From Candidatus Tepidifontimicrobium thermophilum (GTDB taxonomy: Bacteria > Sysuimicrobiota > Sysuimicrobiia > Sysuimicrobiales > Sysuimicrobiaceae), in contig JAVKHO010000003.1 in assembly GCA_031459915.1 (NCBI GenBank), positions 1 to 64,000 of the forward strand: a DNA stretch of 64,000 nt, given 5' to 3'. The notes beneath the pieces were generated by a model. That model was not told the DNA's origin. It made no database searches and saw only the letters and a list, made by a program, of their open reading frames with translations. Positions 1-10,095 of this stretch are shown one piece after another. Numbering within the stretch: the first letter of the stretch is position 1; the number at the start of each line of letters is the position of its first letter. The translations under genes were made by a program, and so were the position numbers.

Positions 1-96
1 TCGGCGCCCGGCTACCGCGTGCTGGTGACCCAGCACTACCCCCGCCCCGGAGCCACGGGGGCGCGCTTCGACCTGGTGCTGGAACCCGAAACCTGA
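1..96 (+). CDS. 3' end of a gene, probably an intradiol ring-cleavage dioxygenase-like protein (partial)
   Basis: Frame 1 reads SAPGYRVLVTQHYPRPGATGARFDLVLEPET*, resembling the APGY..L.TQ.Y...FD.VL C-terminus of intradiol dioxygenases. Only 31 aa are visible. Confidence 0.5.
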   Translation, partial: SAPGYRVLVTQHYPRPGATGARFDLVLEPET

Positions 97-105
97 GTCG
101 AGGAG

Positions 106-738
106 GTGCGGATGAGGCAGGCCGTCCTGGCGTTTCTCGTCGTGGTGGGTTCGCTGTGCCTGCTGGCGCAGGCCGGTGCTGCACCGGAGCCGGGTCTGGA
201 GCGTTACGTGGTGGCCCCCTCGGAGTCCGAAGCCCGTTACCGGGTGGGGGAGACGTTCCTGGGCGACAACCGGTTCAACGTAGCAGTCGGCCGCACACGC
301 CAGGTGGAAGGGGAGATTTTGGTGAACCGGCGCAACCCGAGCTCGAGCCGCGTGGGCCCCATCACCGTGGACCTGAGTGCCCTAGAGTCGGACAGCACGC
401 GCCGGGACAACGCCATCCGGCAGAGGTGGCTGGAGTCGGCGCGCTTTCCCAAGGCTCGGTTCGTGTCCACGGAAATCCGCGGGGCGCCGGCTGCCTACCG
501 GGACGGGCAGGTTGTGGAGCTGCAGCTGGTCGGCGACCTCACGGTCCGCGACGTGACGCGCCGGGTGACGTGGCAGGCCACCGTGCGCCTTGCGGGCAAC
601 GAGCTGCGGGCCCAGGCGGCCACCACGGTCCGCATGACCGACTTCGGATTTGACCCACCGAGCATCCTGGGCTTCGTGCGGGCGGAGAACGAGGCCAAGT
701 TGGAGCTGGACCTGGTGGCCAGGCGGGCCAACCTCTAG
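106..738 (+). CDS. YceI family secreted (lipid/polyisoprenoid-binding) protein
   Basis: Signal peptide; motifs L.SD...RD, LES..FP.A.F, GDLTVRDVT and R.TDFG..PP; GAGGAGG RBS upstream. Confidence 0.9.
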   Translation: MRMRQAVLAFLVVVGSLCLLAQAGAAPEPGLERYVVAPSESEARYRVGETFLGDNRFNVAVGRTRQVEGEILVNRRNPSSSRVGPITVDLSALESDSTRRDNAIRQRWLESARFPKARFVSTEIRGAPAAYRDGQVVELQLVGDLTVRDVTRRVTWQATVRLAGNELRAQAATTVRMTDFGFDPPSILGFVRAENEAKLELDLVARRANL

Positions 739-774
739 GAGGGTCTACGGGGGGAACGACGGAAGGGGAGGAGG

Positions 775-1719
775 GTGGAGTTCCTCTGGCCTGCAGCGCT
801 GTGGGGTTTGGCTGCTCTGGCCGGGCTAGCCGCGGCATTCTGGCGGCAGTCCCGTCGGCGCGCACGCCAGGCGTGGAGCCACCCGTGGGCCGCGGGCGTG
901 GCGTGGCCTCCGCCACGGAGGAACCTGGCTGCCTTCCTGTACGTAGGTGCGCTCGGCGCGGTGGGGCTGGCCGTCGCGCGTCCGACCCTACCCCTGCGGG
1001 TGCCCGTTCGGGAGGCCGTGGTGGTGTTGAGTATCGACGTGAGCGGGAGCATGCGGTCCCAGGACATGCTCCCCAACCGGCTGGAGGCCGCGAGGGAGGC
1101 CGCGAGGGTGTTCATCCGCGGACTGTCCCGGGACACCGCGGTGGGCCTGGTGGCGTTCGCGGGGACCGCGGAGCTGCTGCAGCCTCCCACCCGGGACCAC
1201 CGCCGCGTGCTGCGTGCCCTGGACGACCTGACCTTCCGGCCGCGCACCGCCATCGGGGAGGGGCTGTTGGAAGCGGTGTCGGCCTTGCCGGGCCGCGTCC
1301 GCCCGCAGCTAGGATCGGACCCCGTCGTGCCCCGTCCGTTGCCGCGCGGGGTGGTGGTCCTGCTGTCGGACGGCCGCAGCAACACTGGGATCGACCCGGT
1401 AGAGGCCGCAGACCTGGCCCGGCGGCTGAATGTGGTGGTGTACACGGTGGGGATCGGAAGCCCCACACCCCGTGACAATCTCTGGACTCTCGGCGGCCCG
1501 CTGGACGAGGAAACGCTTAAGGAGATCGCCCGCAGGACGGGCGGGGAGTACTTCCACGCCGCGTCCGGTGCGTCCCTGGCGCGGGTGTACCGGCAGCTGG
1601 CCCGCCGCGTCAGCTGGGAGACCCGGCGCGAGGAGGTCTCTGGGCTGCTGGCTCTCGCGGCTGCGGGAGCACTGGCCGCGGCCTGGTACGCGGGGGCCCG
1701 AGCTTACCGGGTCCCGTGA
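775..1719 (+). CDS. VWA domain membrane protein (BatA/Ca-activated chloride channel homolog type)
   Basis: MIDAS motif DVSGSM, NRLEAA, TAIGEG, LLSDG and VYTVGIG; N- and C-terminal TM helices. Confidence 0.9.
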   Translation: MEFLWPAALWGLAALAGLAAAFWRQSRRRARQAWSHPWAAGVAWPPPRRNLAAFLYVGALGAVGLAVARPTLPLRVPVREAVVVLSIDVSGSMRSQDMLPNRLEAAREAARVFIRGLSRDTAVGLVAFAGTAELLQPPTRDHRRVLRALDDLTFRPRTAIGEGLLEAVSALPGRVRPQLGSDPVVPRPLPRGVVVLLSDGRSNTGIDPVEAADLARRLNVVVYTVGIGSPTPRDNLWTLGGPLDEETLKEIARRTGGEYFHAASGASLARVYRQLARRVSWETRREEVSGLLALAAAGALAAAWYAGARAYRVP

Positions 1720-1742
1720 GGGTCCCACACGAGGAGGCGGAG

Positions 1743-2687
1743 ATGGATGGTTCGCACCTGACCGACCTCGGTCGGTACATCCTGGAAGAGTGGGCAGAGG
1801 ACTACCGCGGGGGCCGACTGGACCGCCGGGAGTTTTTCCGGAGGGTCGTGACCCTGGCGGGGTCGCAGGCCGCCGCCATGGCCTTGCTGGCATCGGTAGG
1901 GGAACGGGCCGCCGCGGCCGAGGTGGAGGGCGTACTGGCGCAAGCTCCGCCCCCGCAGCAGACCGGCGGGGTCACCGTTCCGCCGGAGGATCCCGCCATC
2001 GAGGTGGCGGTCGTCAGGTTCCCCGCCGACTCCACCGAAGTCGCCGGTTACCTGGCCAGGCCCCGCGGCCGTCCGCAGGCGCCAGGCCTGGTGGTGGTGC
2101 ACGAGAACCGCGGACTGGTGGAGCACGTCAAGGACGTGGCCCGGCGGCTGGCGAAGGTCGGGTACGTGGCGGTCGCCCCGGACCTCGCTTCCCACGAGGG
2201 CGGGACCGACCGCTTCGCCGACCCGGCCCAGGTGACCGCCCTCCTCGGCCGCACCCCGGTGGAGCGCTTGGTGGGCATGCTGGTGGCGGCGGTGGAGTAC
2301 CTGCGCGGCCGTCCGTTCGTGCGGGCGGACCGCCTGGGCGCCATCGGGTGGTGCTTTGGCGGGGGGATGGTGTGGAGGCTGGTCACCCGGAGTGAGCACC
2401 TGCGCGCGGCGGTGCCCTTCTACGGACCCAACCCTCCGCTGGAGGATGTGCCGCGCATCCGGGCCGCCGTGCTGGGCATCTACGGGGAGCGGGACGAGCG
2501 GATCAACCAGGGGATCCCCGCGCTGCGGGAAGCGCTGCAGCGGGCGAGGGTGGCGCACGAGATCGTGGTGTACCCCGCTGCAGACCACGCGTTCTTCAAC
2601 GACACGGGGGCCCGCTACAACCCGGAGGCTGCCCGCCAGGCGTGGGAACGTGCGCTGGACTGGTTCCGGCGGTATCTTGACTCGTAG
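1743..2687 (+). CDS. Dienelactone hydrolase family protein (YghX-like) with Tat-like N-terminus
   Basis: HENRGL, nucleophile GWCFGG, PFYG and HAFFND motifs; N-terminal LDRREFFRR; ATG at 1743 after GAGGAGG. Confidence 0.9.
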   Translation: MDGSHLTDLGRYILEEWAEDYRGGRLDRREFFRRVVTLAGSQAAAMALLASVGERAAAAEVEGVLAQAPPPQQTGGVTVPPEDPAIEVAVVRFPADSTEVAGYLARPRGRPQAPGLVVVHENRGLVEHVKDVARRLAKVGYVAVAPDLASHEGGTDRFADPAQVTALLGRTPVERLVGMLVAAVEYLRGRPFVRADRLGAIGWCFGGGMVWRLVTRSEHLRAAVPFYGPNPPLEDVPRIRAAVLGIYGERDERINQGIPALREALQRARVAHEIVVYPAADHAFFNDTGARYNPEAARQAWERALDWFRRYLDS

Positions 2688-2723
2688 GCGAGGGTTCGAA
2701 AGTGGCGAAGAACGGTCGGACCC

Positions 2724-4214
2724 TTGAGGACAAAGCCGGGCCAGCGGTGCCGTAGCGTGCGACGTCTCTTCGGAAGCCTGTTGGCAATCGGGCTGGTGGC
2801 CTTCCTGGCCTGGCGGGTGACCGCGGCGCTGCAGGCGCGCCGGTCACCCGCAGGTCCTCCCCCTCAGAGGGTCGCGCTGGTTCAGGTGGAGCCCGCCCCG
2901 CGGGGGAAGTTGGTGCGGGAGGCCGTGTACACCGGCGAGGTGCAGGCGGCGGCCACCGTGGACGTATTCGCCAGGATCGGGGGCGTGGTGGAACAGGTGC
3001 GCGTGGCTGAGGGCGACGCGGTGTCCGCGGGCCAAGTCCTGATACGGCTGGACCCGCGGGAGCTGCGCTACCAGCTGGAGCAGGCCCTGGCGGCCAGGGA
3101 GACGCAGAGGGTGCAGGTGCGTCAGGCCGAGGCGCAGGTGCGCACGCTGCGCACTCAGGTGGAGCAGGCTCGGGCGGGCGTGGAGGTGCAGCGTGCGAAG
3201 CTCGCGCAGCTCCTGGCGGGGCCGGCTGCGGAGCAGGTGCGTCAAGCGGAGGAGCAGGTCCGGCAGGCTCGGGCGGCCCTGGAGTACAGCCAGGCTCAGC
3301 TGAGGCGGACGGAGGAGCTGTTCCGGCAGGGGTTCGTGGCCGAACAGGCGGTGGACGCGGCCCGTACCGAGGTGACGGTGCAGGAGGCGCGCCTGCGCGC
3401 CGCGGAAGCGCAGCTGGCCCTGCTGCGCCGCGGCCCGTCCCGGGAGGAGGTGGAGGTCCTGCACACCCAGGTCCGCCAGGCCGAAGTGGCGCTCCGGCAA
3501 GCAGAGTCCCAGGCCGCGCAGGCGCAGGTGGCCCTGGAGCATGCGCGCAGGGTGCTCGCGCAGTCGGAGGTGGCAGTCCGGCAGGCCCAAGCTCTCCTCG
3601 CGGAGAGCGTGGTTCGTAGCCCCGTACAGGGGGTGGTAGCGCAGCGGTCCGTGGACCCGGGCGACACGGTCACCCCGTCCGCGCGTCTCCTGCAGCTGGT
3701 GAGGGTGGAGCCTGCGGTGGTGGTGGTGACTGTGCCGGAGCGGGAGCTGCTGGCCCTGCGGCCGGGGACCTTCGTGGAGGTGACCGCGGACGCTCTGGGA
3801 GACCGCCGCTTCGCGGGACGGGTGGTCCGGGTTGGGCCCGTGCTGTCCCCCGATACACGCACTGCTGAAGTGCGCGTGGAGGTGTCCAACCCGCGGGGCG
3901 ACCTGAAGCCAGGAATGACGGCGCGGGTGCGGGTGGTGCTGGGCCGCCGGGAGGGCGTGGTAACAGTGCCGGTGCAGGCCGTGGTCCGGCAGGGAGAGCG
4001 GACCGTGGTGTTCGTGGTGGAGGACGGGGTCGCGCGGGCCCGAGAGGTCACGCTCGGCCTGTCCGACGGAGTGCGGGTGGAGCTGCGCGGCGGGGTGCGG
4101 GCGGGCGAGAGCGTGGTGGTGGCAGGTCAGGAGACGCTGCGGGACGGCGTCCCGGTGAGGACCCCCCCCAAGGAGGTGCGCTCGGCTCCCTCGCAGACCC
4201 GGAGGCGGCCGTGA
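2724..4214 (+). CDS. RND efflux periplasmic adaptor (membrane fusion protein)
   Basis: N-terminal TM, lipoyl halves (GDAVSAGQVL / VRSPVQGVV), long coiled coil, LKPGMTA. Start may be the GTG near 2757. Confidence 0.9.
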   Translation: MRTKPGQRCRSVRRLFGSLLAIGLVAFLAWRVTAALQARRSPAGPPPQRVALVQVEPAPRGKLVREAVYTGEVQAAATVDVFARIGGVVEQVRVAEGDAVSAGQVLIRLDPRELRYQLEQALAARETQRVQVRQAEAQVRTLRTQVEQARAGVEVQRAKLAQLLAGPAAEQVRQAEEQVRQARAALEYSQAQLRRTEELFRQGFVAEQAVDAARTEVTVQEARLRAAEAQLALLRRGPSREEVEVLHTQVRQAEVALRQAESQAAQAQVALEHARRVLAQSEVAVRQAQALLAESVVRSPVQGVVAQRSVDPGDTVTPSARLLQLVRVEPAVVVVTVPERELLALRPGTFVEVTADALGDRRFAGRVVRVGPVLSPDTRTAEVRVEVSNPRGDLKPGMTARVRVVLGRREGVVTVPVQAVVRQGERTVVFVVEDGVARAREVTLGLSDGVRVELRGGVRAGESVVVAGQETLRDGVPVRTPPKEVRSAPSQTRRRP

Positions 4215-7200
4215 GCCCGTACCGCTTGAGCCTGGCAAGACCCATCGGGACGTGCATCGTGTTCTCCGCGGTAGTTCTCGTGGGCCTGGCCAGCCTGGCG
4301 GGCCTGCCCATCGACCTGCTTCCGGACATCACCCTGCCCCGTCTGACGGTGGTGACGGACTACCCCGGTGCGGGGCCCGAGGAGGTGGAGAACCTCGTCT
4401 CCCGGGTGGTCGAGGAGGCGGTGAGCACCGTGCCCGGCGTTCGGGACGTGGTGTCCGTCTCCAGCCTGGGTACCTCCCGGGTCACCGCCACTTTCACCTT
4501 CGGGCGCGACCTGGACGCGGCCGCCGCCGACTTGCGGTCCGCGGTGGAGCGCGTGCGCCGCAGGCTCCCGGAGGACGCCACGCAACCCGTGGTATTCAAG
4601 TTCGACCCCTCGCAGATGCCCATCCTCCAGATCGGGCTCGTGGCTGCGCCCGGCTCTCGAGTAGACCTGGCCCGGCTGGTGCGGCTGGCGGAAGAGCAGG
4701 TGCTGTTCCGGATCGAGCGGGTGCCCGGGGTGGCGGTGGTGGAGTTGCGCGGCGGGACGCGCGAGGAGATCCGGGTGGAGGCAGACCGGTCCCGGCTGCA
4801 GGCCCTGCGGCTGTCGGACCGGGACTTGGTCCGTGCGCTGGCGAGCTCCAACCTTTCGGCGCCCGTGGGGCTCGTCACGGAGGGACCCCGCAGCCTCACC
4901 GTCCGGCTGGTGAGCCGCTTCGACAACCTGGACCAGATCCGGTCCACCGTGGTGGCGGTCCGTGGGGGCCGGGCCGTGCGGGTTCAGGACGTGGCCACGG
5001 TGCGCCGGACGGTGGCGGACCCCACGGGCCTCGTGCGGGTGAACGGACAGCCCGGGATCCTGCTCCAGGTTCAGCGGCAGCCGGGGGTGAACACCGTGGC
5101 GGTGTCGGACGGCGTCCGCCGAGAGGTGGAGCGTCTGGACGCGCAGCTGGCGGACGTGCGGTTTTTGGTGGTGGGCGACAGCGCGCAGTTCATCCGCAGC
5201 GCCATCCGCTCGGTCCAGCAGTCCCTGCTGGCGGGCGCGGTTCTCGCGGTGGCGGTGCTGTGGCTGTTCCTGAAGGACGTCCGCAGCGTCCTGGTGGTGG
5301 CGGTCACCATCCCCATCTCCCTGCTGGCCGCCTTCGCCCTCATGTACTTCGCGGGTTACACGTTGAACCTCATGACCCTGGGCGCCCTGGCGCTGGGGGT
5401 AGGCATGCTGGTGGACACCGCCATCGTGGTCCTGGAGAACGTGTTCCGCCACCGGGAGCGCGGGGCTGCCGGCAAGGAGGCCGCCCTGCTCGGCGTCCGG
5501 CAGGTGGCGGGAGCCGTCACCGCGTCCACCCTCACCACCGTGGTGGTGTTCTTGCCGGTGATCTTCCTCCGCAGCGGTGCCGTGGTCACCCAGATGTTCG
5601 TGCAGTTCAGCTTCGTAGTCGTCTTCGCGCTGCTGTGCGCCCTGGCGGTGTCCTTGACGCTGACTCCTGTGCTGGCGTCCTGGCTTCCCGCTTTGCGCTC
5701 TTCGGAGTCCACACGGTGGATGGAGCCCGTGGTCGCAGGGTACCGGTCCCTGCTGCAGGCGGCCCTGCGCCGGCGGTGGGCCGTGTTCGGGTTGGCGGGC
5801 GCCGCGGCGTTGATGACGGTAGGCCTGGTCCCCCTGGTGGGGTCCGAGCTGATCCCCCAGACCGACGAGGGGGAGGTGTTCGTGAACGTGCGCCTCCCCG
5901 CGGCGACGTCCCTCGAGGTGGCGGACCGGGTCCTGCAGGGCCTGGAGGCGACGGCCCGGCGGGTGGCCCCCGAGGTCCGGGACGTCACCATCCTCAGCGG
6001 TACCGCCTCCTTCGGGAGCTGGAGCGGGATCCTCCGGGTGCGGCTGGCGCCGCGCTCCGAGCGCCGCCGCTCCACGGAGGAGGTGGCCGCGGTCCTGCGC
6101 CGGTCTTTGGTGGTCCCCGGGGGTCGGGTGGTGGTCCGGCCGAGCGCAGGGGCGCTGAATATCCTGCGGTTCGGGACCGGCCAGGATCCCATCTCCGTGG
6201 AGGTGCGCGGGTTCGACCTGCGACAGGGGATGCAGGTAGCCGAGCAGGTGCGGACCCTGCTGGAGACCGTACCGGGGGTGACGGACGCCACCATCCAACG
6301 GGAGGAGCAGGCCCCGGAGCTGGCGGTCCGAGTGGACCCGGAGAGCGCGGCCCGGTTCGGGCTCACCCCCGCCCGGGTGGCGGAGGCGCTGCAGGCGGCG
6401 GTGGCCGGTGAGGCCGCGACCCTGGTCCGTGAGGGCGGTACCGAGGTCCAGGTGGTGGTGCGGCTGCCTGAGGCGCACCGGAGGCTGGCCCAGGACGTGC
6501 TGGAGGTGCCCATCATCACGCCGGACGGCCGCGCCGTGCTGCTCAAGCAGGTGGCCACCCTGGTCCGCGACCTGGGCCCCGCACAGATCTACCGCCGTGG
6601 CCGAGAGCGGGTCATCACCGTCACCGCGGGCCTGACCGGCCGGGACTTCGGCAGCGTGGCGGAGGAGGTCCGGCAGCGCCTTGCGCGCATGACGCTCCCG
6701 CCGGGGTTCGCGGTGGCCCTCAGCGACGAGTACGAGGAGCAGCAGCGGGCCAACCGGCAGCTGGCCGCGGGGTTCGGGCTCGCGGTCCTGCTGGTGTACG
6801 CGGTGATGGCGGTGCAGTTCGAGCGCCTGCTGGAACCCCTTCTGATCATGATCTCCGTCCCCTTCGCCCTTACTGGCTCGTTCCTCCTGTTGTTCCTCAC
6901 GGGGACCACGCTGAACGTCCAGTCCTTCATCGGGCTCATCGTGCTCGCCGGCGTGGTGGTGAACAACGCCATCGTCCTGCTGGACTTCATCCTGCAGTTG
7001 CACCGGGACGAGGGCCGGCCGCTGTACGAGGCGGTGGAGGAGGCCGCCCGGACCCGGCTGCGGCCGGTCCTCATGACGACCCTCACCACGGTGCTGGCGC
7101 TGGTGCCCACCGCTCTGGGCGTGGGCGAGGGCGCGGAGCTGCAGGCCCCCCTGGCGCGGAGCGTGATCGGGGGGATGGTGTTCTCCACCCTGGTGACCCT

Positions 7201-7330
7201 GGTCCTGATTCCCACCCTGTACGTGGCCGTGGAGGAGGTGCGCCAACGGCGGCGAGCCCCACAGCCGGTGACCCGGCCCGCGGTGGTAGCCGGTGCCTCC
7301 CAGGAGGCCGGGGGCACGCCGCCGGCCTGA
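4211..7330 (+). CDS. RND efflux permease (AcrB/AcrD/AcrF family)
   Basis: 1039 aa; GMLVDTAIVVLENV, VVVNNAIVLLD and RLRPVLMTTLTT motifs; GTGA overlap with the adaptor gene. Confidence 0.95.
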   Translation: MSPYRLSLARPIGTCIVFSAVVLVGLASLAGLPIDLLPDITLPRLTVVTDYPGAGPEEVENLVSRVVEEAVSTVPGVRDVVSVSSLGTSRVTATFTFGRDLDAAAADLRSAVERVRRRLPEDATQPVVFKFDPSQMPILQIGLVAAPGSRVDLARLVRLAEEQVLFRIERVPGVAVVELRGGTREEIRVEADRSRLQALRLSDRDLVRALASSNLSAPVGLVTEGPRSLTVRLVSRFDNLDQIRSTVVAVRGGRAVRVQDVATVRRTVADPTGLVRVNGQPGILLQVQRQPGVNTVAVSDGVRREVERLDAQLADVRFLVVGDSAQFIRSAIRSVQQSLLAGAVLAVAVLWLFLKDVRSVLVVAVTIPISLLAAFALMYFAGYTLNLMTLGALALGVGMLVDTAIVVLENVFRHRERGAAGKEAALLGVRQVAGAVTASTLTTVVVFLPVIFLRSGAVVTQMFVQFSFVVVFALLCALAVSLTLTPVLASWLPALRSSESTRWMEPVVAGYRSLLQAALRRRWAVFGLAGAAALMTVGLVPLVGSELIPQTDEGEVFVNVRLPAATSLEVADRVLQGLEATARRVAPEVRDVTILSGTASFGSWSGILRVRLAPRSERRRSTEEVAAVLRRSLVVPGGRVVVRPSAGALNILRFGTGQDPISVEVRGFDLRQGMQVAEQVRTLLETVPGVTDATIQREEQAPELAVRVDPESAARFGLTPARVAEALQAAVAGEAATLVREGGTEVQVVVRLPEAHRRLAQDVLEVPIITPDGRAVLLKQVATLVRDLGPAQIYRRGRERVITVTAGLTGRDFGSVAEEVRQRLARMTLPPGFAVALSDEYEEQQRANRQLAAGFGLAVLLVYAVMAVQFERLLEPLLIMISVPFALTGSFLLLFLTGTTLNVQSFIGLIVLAGVVVNNAIVLLDFILQLHRDEGRPLYEAVEEAARTRLRPVLMTTLTTVLALVPTALGVGEGAELQAPLARSVIGGMVFSTLVTLVLIPTLYVAVEEVRQRRRAPQPVTRPAVVAGASQEAGGTPPA

Positions 7331-7378
7331 CCGCGCAACCTTCCTCGGCCCGCAGGAGTCTGAATCCCTGGAGGCGTT

Positions 7379-8629
7379 ATGCGCGCACGGGCCCTGACTC
7401 TGTTGCTGTTGGTGTCCACCGCGGCGCCCGCGAGGGCCCAGATCCCGCAACCCCTTTCCCTGGCAGAAGCGGTCCGCACCGCGCTGGAACGTAGCCCTCA
7501 AGTCCGCGCGGCCCGCAGCACGGTCCAGGCCGCGGAGGCCCAGGTGTGGGCGGCAAGGGCAGCGCTGGCCCCCACGGCGAACCTGCAGGCCGCTTCCGCC
7601 CTTTCGGGTACGGTCACGAGCTACCAGGTGGGCGCGGGGGTCACCTACCTGCTGTACGACGGTGGGGCGCGACAAGCGCAGGTCCGGCAGCTGGAGGCCC
7701 AGGCCCGCGCAGCCCGGGAGCAGCTGGCGGCGGTGGCCAACCAGGTGGCGCTTGCTGCGGTGCAGACCTTCATGAGCACTGTGCTGAGCCAGCAGGTGAT
7801 CGCCCTGCGGCAGCAGGCGGTGGAGCAGGCGAGGCTGCAGGTGGAGGGAGCCCGGGCCCGAGTGCGGGCGGGGACCGCGCCCCAGGCGGACGTGATCAGC
7901 GCAGAGGCACAGCTGGCCGCCGCGGAGGTTCAGCTCCTGCAGGCGGAGGCGGACTTCGCCGCCAGCCAGGAGGCCCTGCGGGTACTGCTGGGCCTGCCTC
8001 CGGCCGCGGCCCTCACCCTGGCGGTCCCGGGCCCGCCGCCTCCCTTCGAGCTGTCGGAGGAGGAGGTGGTGCGGCGGGCGCTACAGCGTCCCGAGGTGCG
8101 CCGCGCGGAAGCGGACGTGGCCGCCGCGGAGGCTGCGTTGGTAGTGGCGATGTTGCAGGGAGGGCTCACGGTAACCCTGGACGGCCGCTACGTGATCCTG
8201 GGAAGCGGAACCAGCCCCTCAGGCACGTGGTCCGTCGGTGCTTCGGTGTCGGTGCCGGTGGCAGACGGAGGGCAGCGGCAGGCAAGGGTGGAGGCGGCCC
8301 GGGCGGGCCTGGAGGCCGCACGGTCGAACCTGGAGCAGGTTCGTTTAGAGGCCCGGCGGGACGCGGTGCAGGCGCTCCTCGCGTATCGATCCGCGGCAGC
8401 TCGGGAGCAGGCGGCGCGCCGGGCCGCAGAGGCGGCCCAGGAGGCCCTGCGGGTGGCTCAGGGCCGTTACCAGGCAGGTGTGGGGAGCATCCTCGAGGTG
8501 GCCACAGCGCAGGCCCAGTTCGCCAGCGTGCAGGAGAGCCTCCTGCAGGCCCAGGCAGCCCGATGGACCTCGCTGGCGGCCCTGCGCAGGGCCGTGGGCC
8601 TTCCGGTCCTGGCGGAGGTGGTGCAGTGA
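7379..8629 (+). CDS. TolC family outer-membrane efflux protein
   Basis: Signal peptide; LSLAEAVRTAL; two OEP repeats ending R.RAG....DV and RYQAG....LEV. Confidence 0.88.
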   Translation: MRARALTLLLLVSTAAPARAQIPQPLSLAEAVRTALERSPQVRAARSTVQAAEAQVWAARAALAPTANLQAASALSGTVTSYQVGAGVTYLLYDGGARQAQVRQLEAQARAAREQLAAVANQVALAAVQTFMSTVLSQQVIALRQQAVEQARLQVEGARARVRAGTAPQADVISAEAQLAAAEVQLLQAEADFAASQEALRVLLGLPPAAALTLAVPGPPPPFELSEEEVVRRALQRPEVRRAEADVAAAEAALVVAMLQGGLTVTLDGRYVILGSGTSPSGTWSVGASVSVPVADGGQRQARVEAARAGLEAARSNLEQVRLEARRDAVQALLAYRSAAAREQAARRAAEAAQEALRVAQGRYQAGVGSILEVATAQAQFASVQESLLQAQAARWTSLAALRRAVGLPVLAEVVQ

Positions 8630-10095
8630 GGCGCTGGTGGCCAGTGGGGCTGGCGGCCCTGGTCGTGGTGGCGGCCGGTTACGGGTACTGGCGCGCGAGG
8701 ACCGGTCGGGCTGAGGCGCCCCGGTGGCGCACCGCGGTGGTGCAGCGGGGCGAGCTGCGCGTGGCCGTGACGGCATCCGGAACCGTACAGCCAGCGTCCC
8801 AGGTGGAGGTGAAGTCGAGGGCCACCGGAGTCGTGCGGGCGGTGTACGCGCGGGAGGGGGACGCGGTGCGGGCGGGGCAGGTCCTGGTGCTCATCGAGGA
8901 CCCTGACGCGCAGAGCGCGGTGAGGGACGCGGAGGCACAGCTCGCGGCGGCACAGGCGCGGCTTGCTCAGGCACAGGCCCAGCGGGCGTCGTTGCGCGCC
9001 CAGGCGGGGGCGGAGGTCCGCCAAGCTCAGGCGGCGCTGGCCGCGGCGCGGGCGCGCCTGGACAAGTTGCGGCAAGGGGCCAGGCCCGAGGAGGTGGCCC
9101 AAGCAGAGCAGGCGGTGAGGGCCGCGGAAGCTGAGCTGACCCTGCGGCGGCAGGACCTGACGCGGGCCACCCAGCTGTACGGGCAGGGGTTCGTGCCACG
9201 TCAGCAGGTCGACCAGGCCCAGGCCAGTCTGGCGGCTGCGGAGGCGGCCTACCGGAGCGCCCTGGAGCGTCTGGAACAGTTGCAGGCCGGCCCCACCGCC
9301 GCCGAACTGCAGGAGGCACAGGCCGCGGTGCGCCAAGCGGAGGCGCAGGTGCAGCAGGCGCGGGCCCGGTTGCTGGAGGACTGGGTGCGGCAGCAGGAGG
9401 TGGCCGCAGCACAGGCGGCAGTGGACCAGGCGCGGGTGAGGCTGCGGAACGCCCGGGATCGGCTGGCGGAGAGCCGGATCCGCGCGCCCGTCTCCGGGAT
9501 CGTGGCGCGCCGGTCGGTGGAGGTGGGACAGTCGGTGATCGGCACCGCGCAGGGCGGCACGCCGGTGATGAGCCTCGCGGTCACCGAGCCCCTGTACGCC
9601 AGGGTGCTAGTGGACGAGGTGGACATCGCCCGCATCCGCGTCGGCACGCCCGCGGTGGTCCGTGCGGACGCGCTTCCGGAGGCAGCGTTCCCGGGTCAGG
9701 TGGAGGCGGTGGCGGCCAGCGCGCAGGTGAACAACAACGTGGTGCAGTACGAGGTGAGCGTCCGGGTCGAGGATCCGCGGCGGCTCCTCAAGCTGGGGAT
9801 GACGGTCGAAGCAGAGTTCCAGCTGCTGAGGCGGTCCGGCGTCCTGCTGGTGCCGCGGGAGGCGGTCCGCGGGGAGCGGTCCAGGCTGGTGCTGGTGGTG
9901 CAAGGGGGCCGCCTGCTGCCCCGGCCGGTGACGGTGGGCGACACCGACGGGCGGATGGTGGAGATCCGGGCCGGACTGCGGGAAGGGGAGGTGGTCTACC
10001 TCGGCGAGGAGCGGGGGGCAGCACCCGCTGGCCAGCCCAGGAACCCCTTCCTCCCCCAGTTCCCCAGACGGCCGCCCTCGCCCGGAAGGCCGTGA
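8626..10095 (+). CDS. MacA/HlyD-type efflux periplasmic adaptor
   Basis: GTG at 8626 overlaps the TolC stop; VTASGTVQP, EGDAVRAGQVL, IRAPVSGIV and VDEVDIA motifs. True gene is the 3' part of ORF 7546..10095. Confidence 0.88.
   Translation: MRRWWPVGLAALVVVAAGYGYWRARTGRAEAPRWRTAVVQRGELRVAVTASGTVQPASQVEVKSRATGVVRAVYAREGDAVRAGQVLVLIEDPDAQSAVRDAEAQLAAAQARLAQAQAQRASLRAQAGAEVRQAQAALAAARARLDKLRQGARPEEVAQAEQAVRAAEAELTLRRQDLTRATQLYGQGFVPRQQVDQAQASLAAAEAAYRSALERLEQLQAGPTAAELQEAQAAVRQAEAQVQQARARLLEDWVRQQEVAAAQAAVDQARVRLRNARDRLAESRIRAPVSGIVARRSVEVGQSVIGTAQGGTPVMSLAVTEPLYARVLVDEVDIARIRVGTPAVVRADALPEAAFPGQVEAVAASAQVNNNVVQYEVSVRVEDPRRLLKLGMTVEAEFQLLRRSGVLLVPREAVRGERSRLVLVVQGGRLLPRPVTVGDTDGRMVEIRAGLREGEVVYLGEERGAAPAGQPRNPFLPQFPRRPPSPGRP

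Noticed and set aside
4127..7675. Very long antisense or alternate-frame ORFs (for example 4127..7675 -, 37340..40018 -, 9788..11965 -, 60074..62491 +)
   Set aside because: They shadow well-supported genes, are rich in Arg/Pro/Gly/His, and are expected in very GC-rich DNA with few stop codons.
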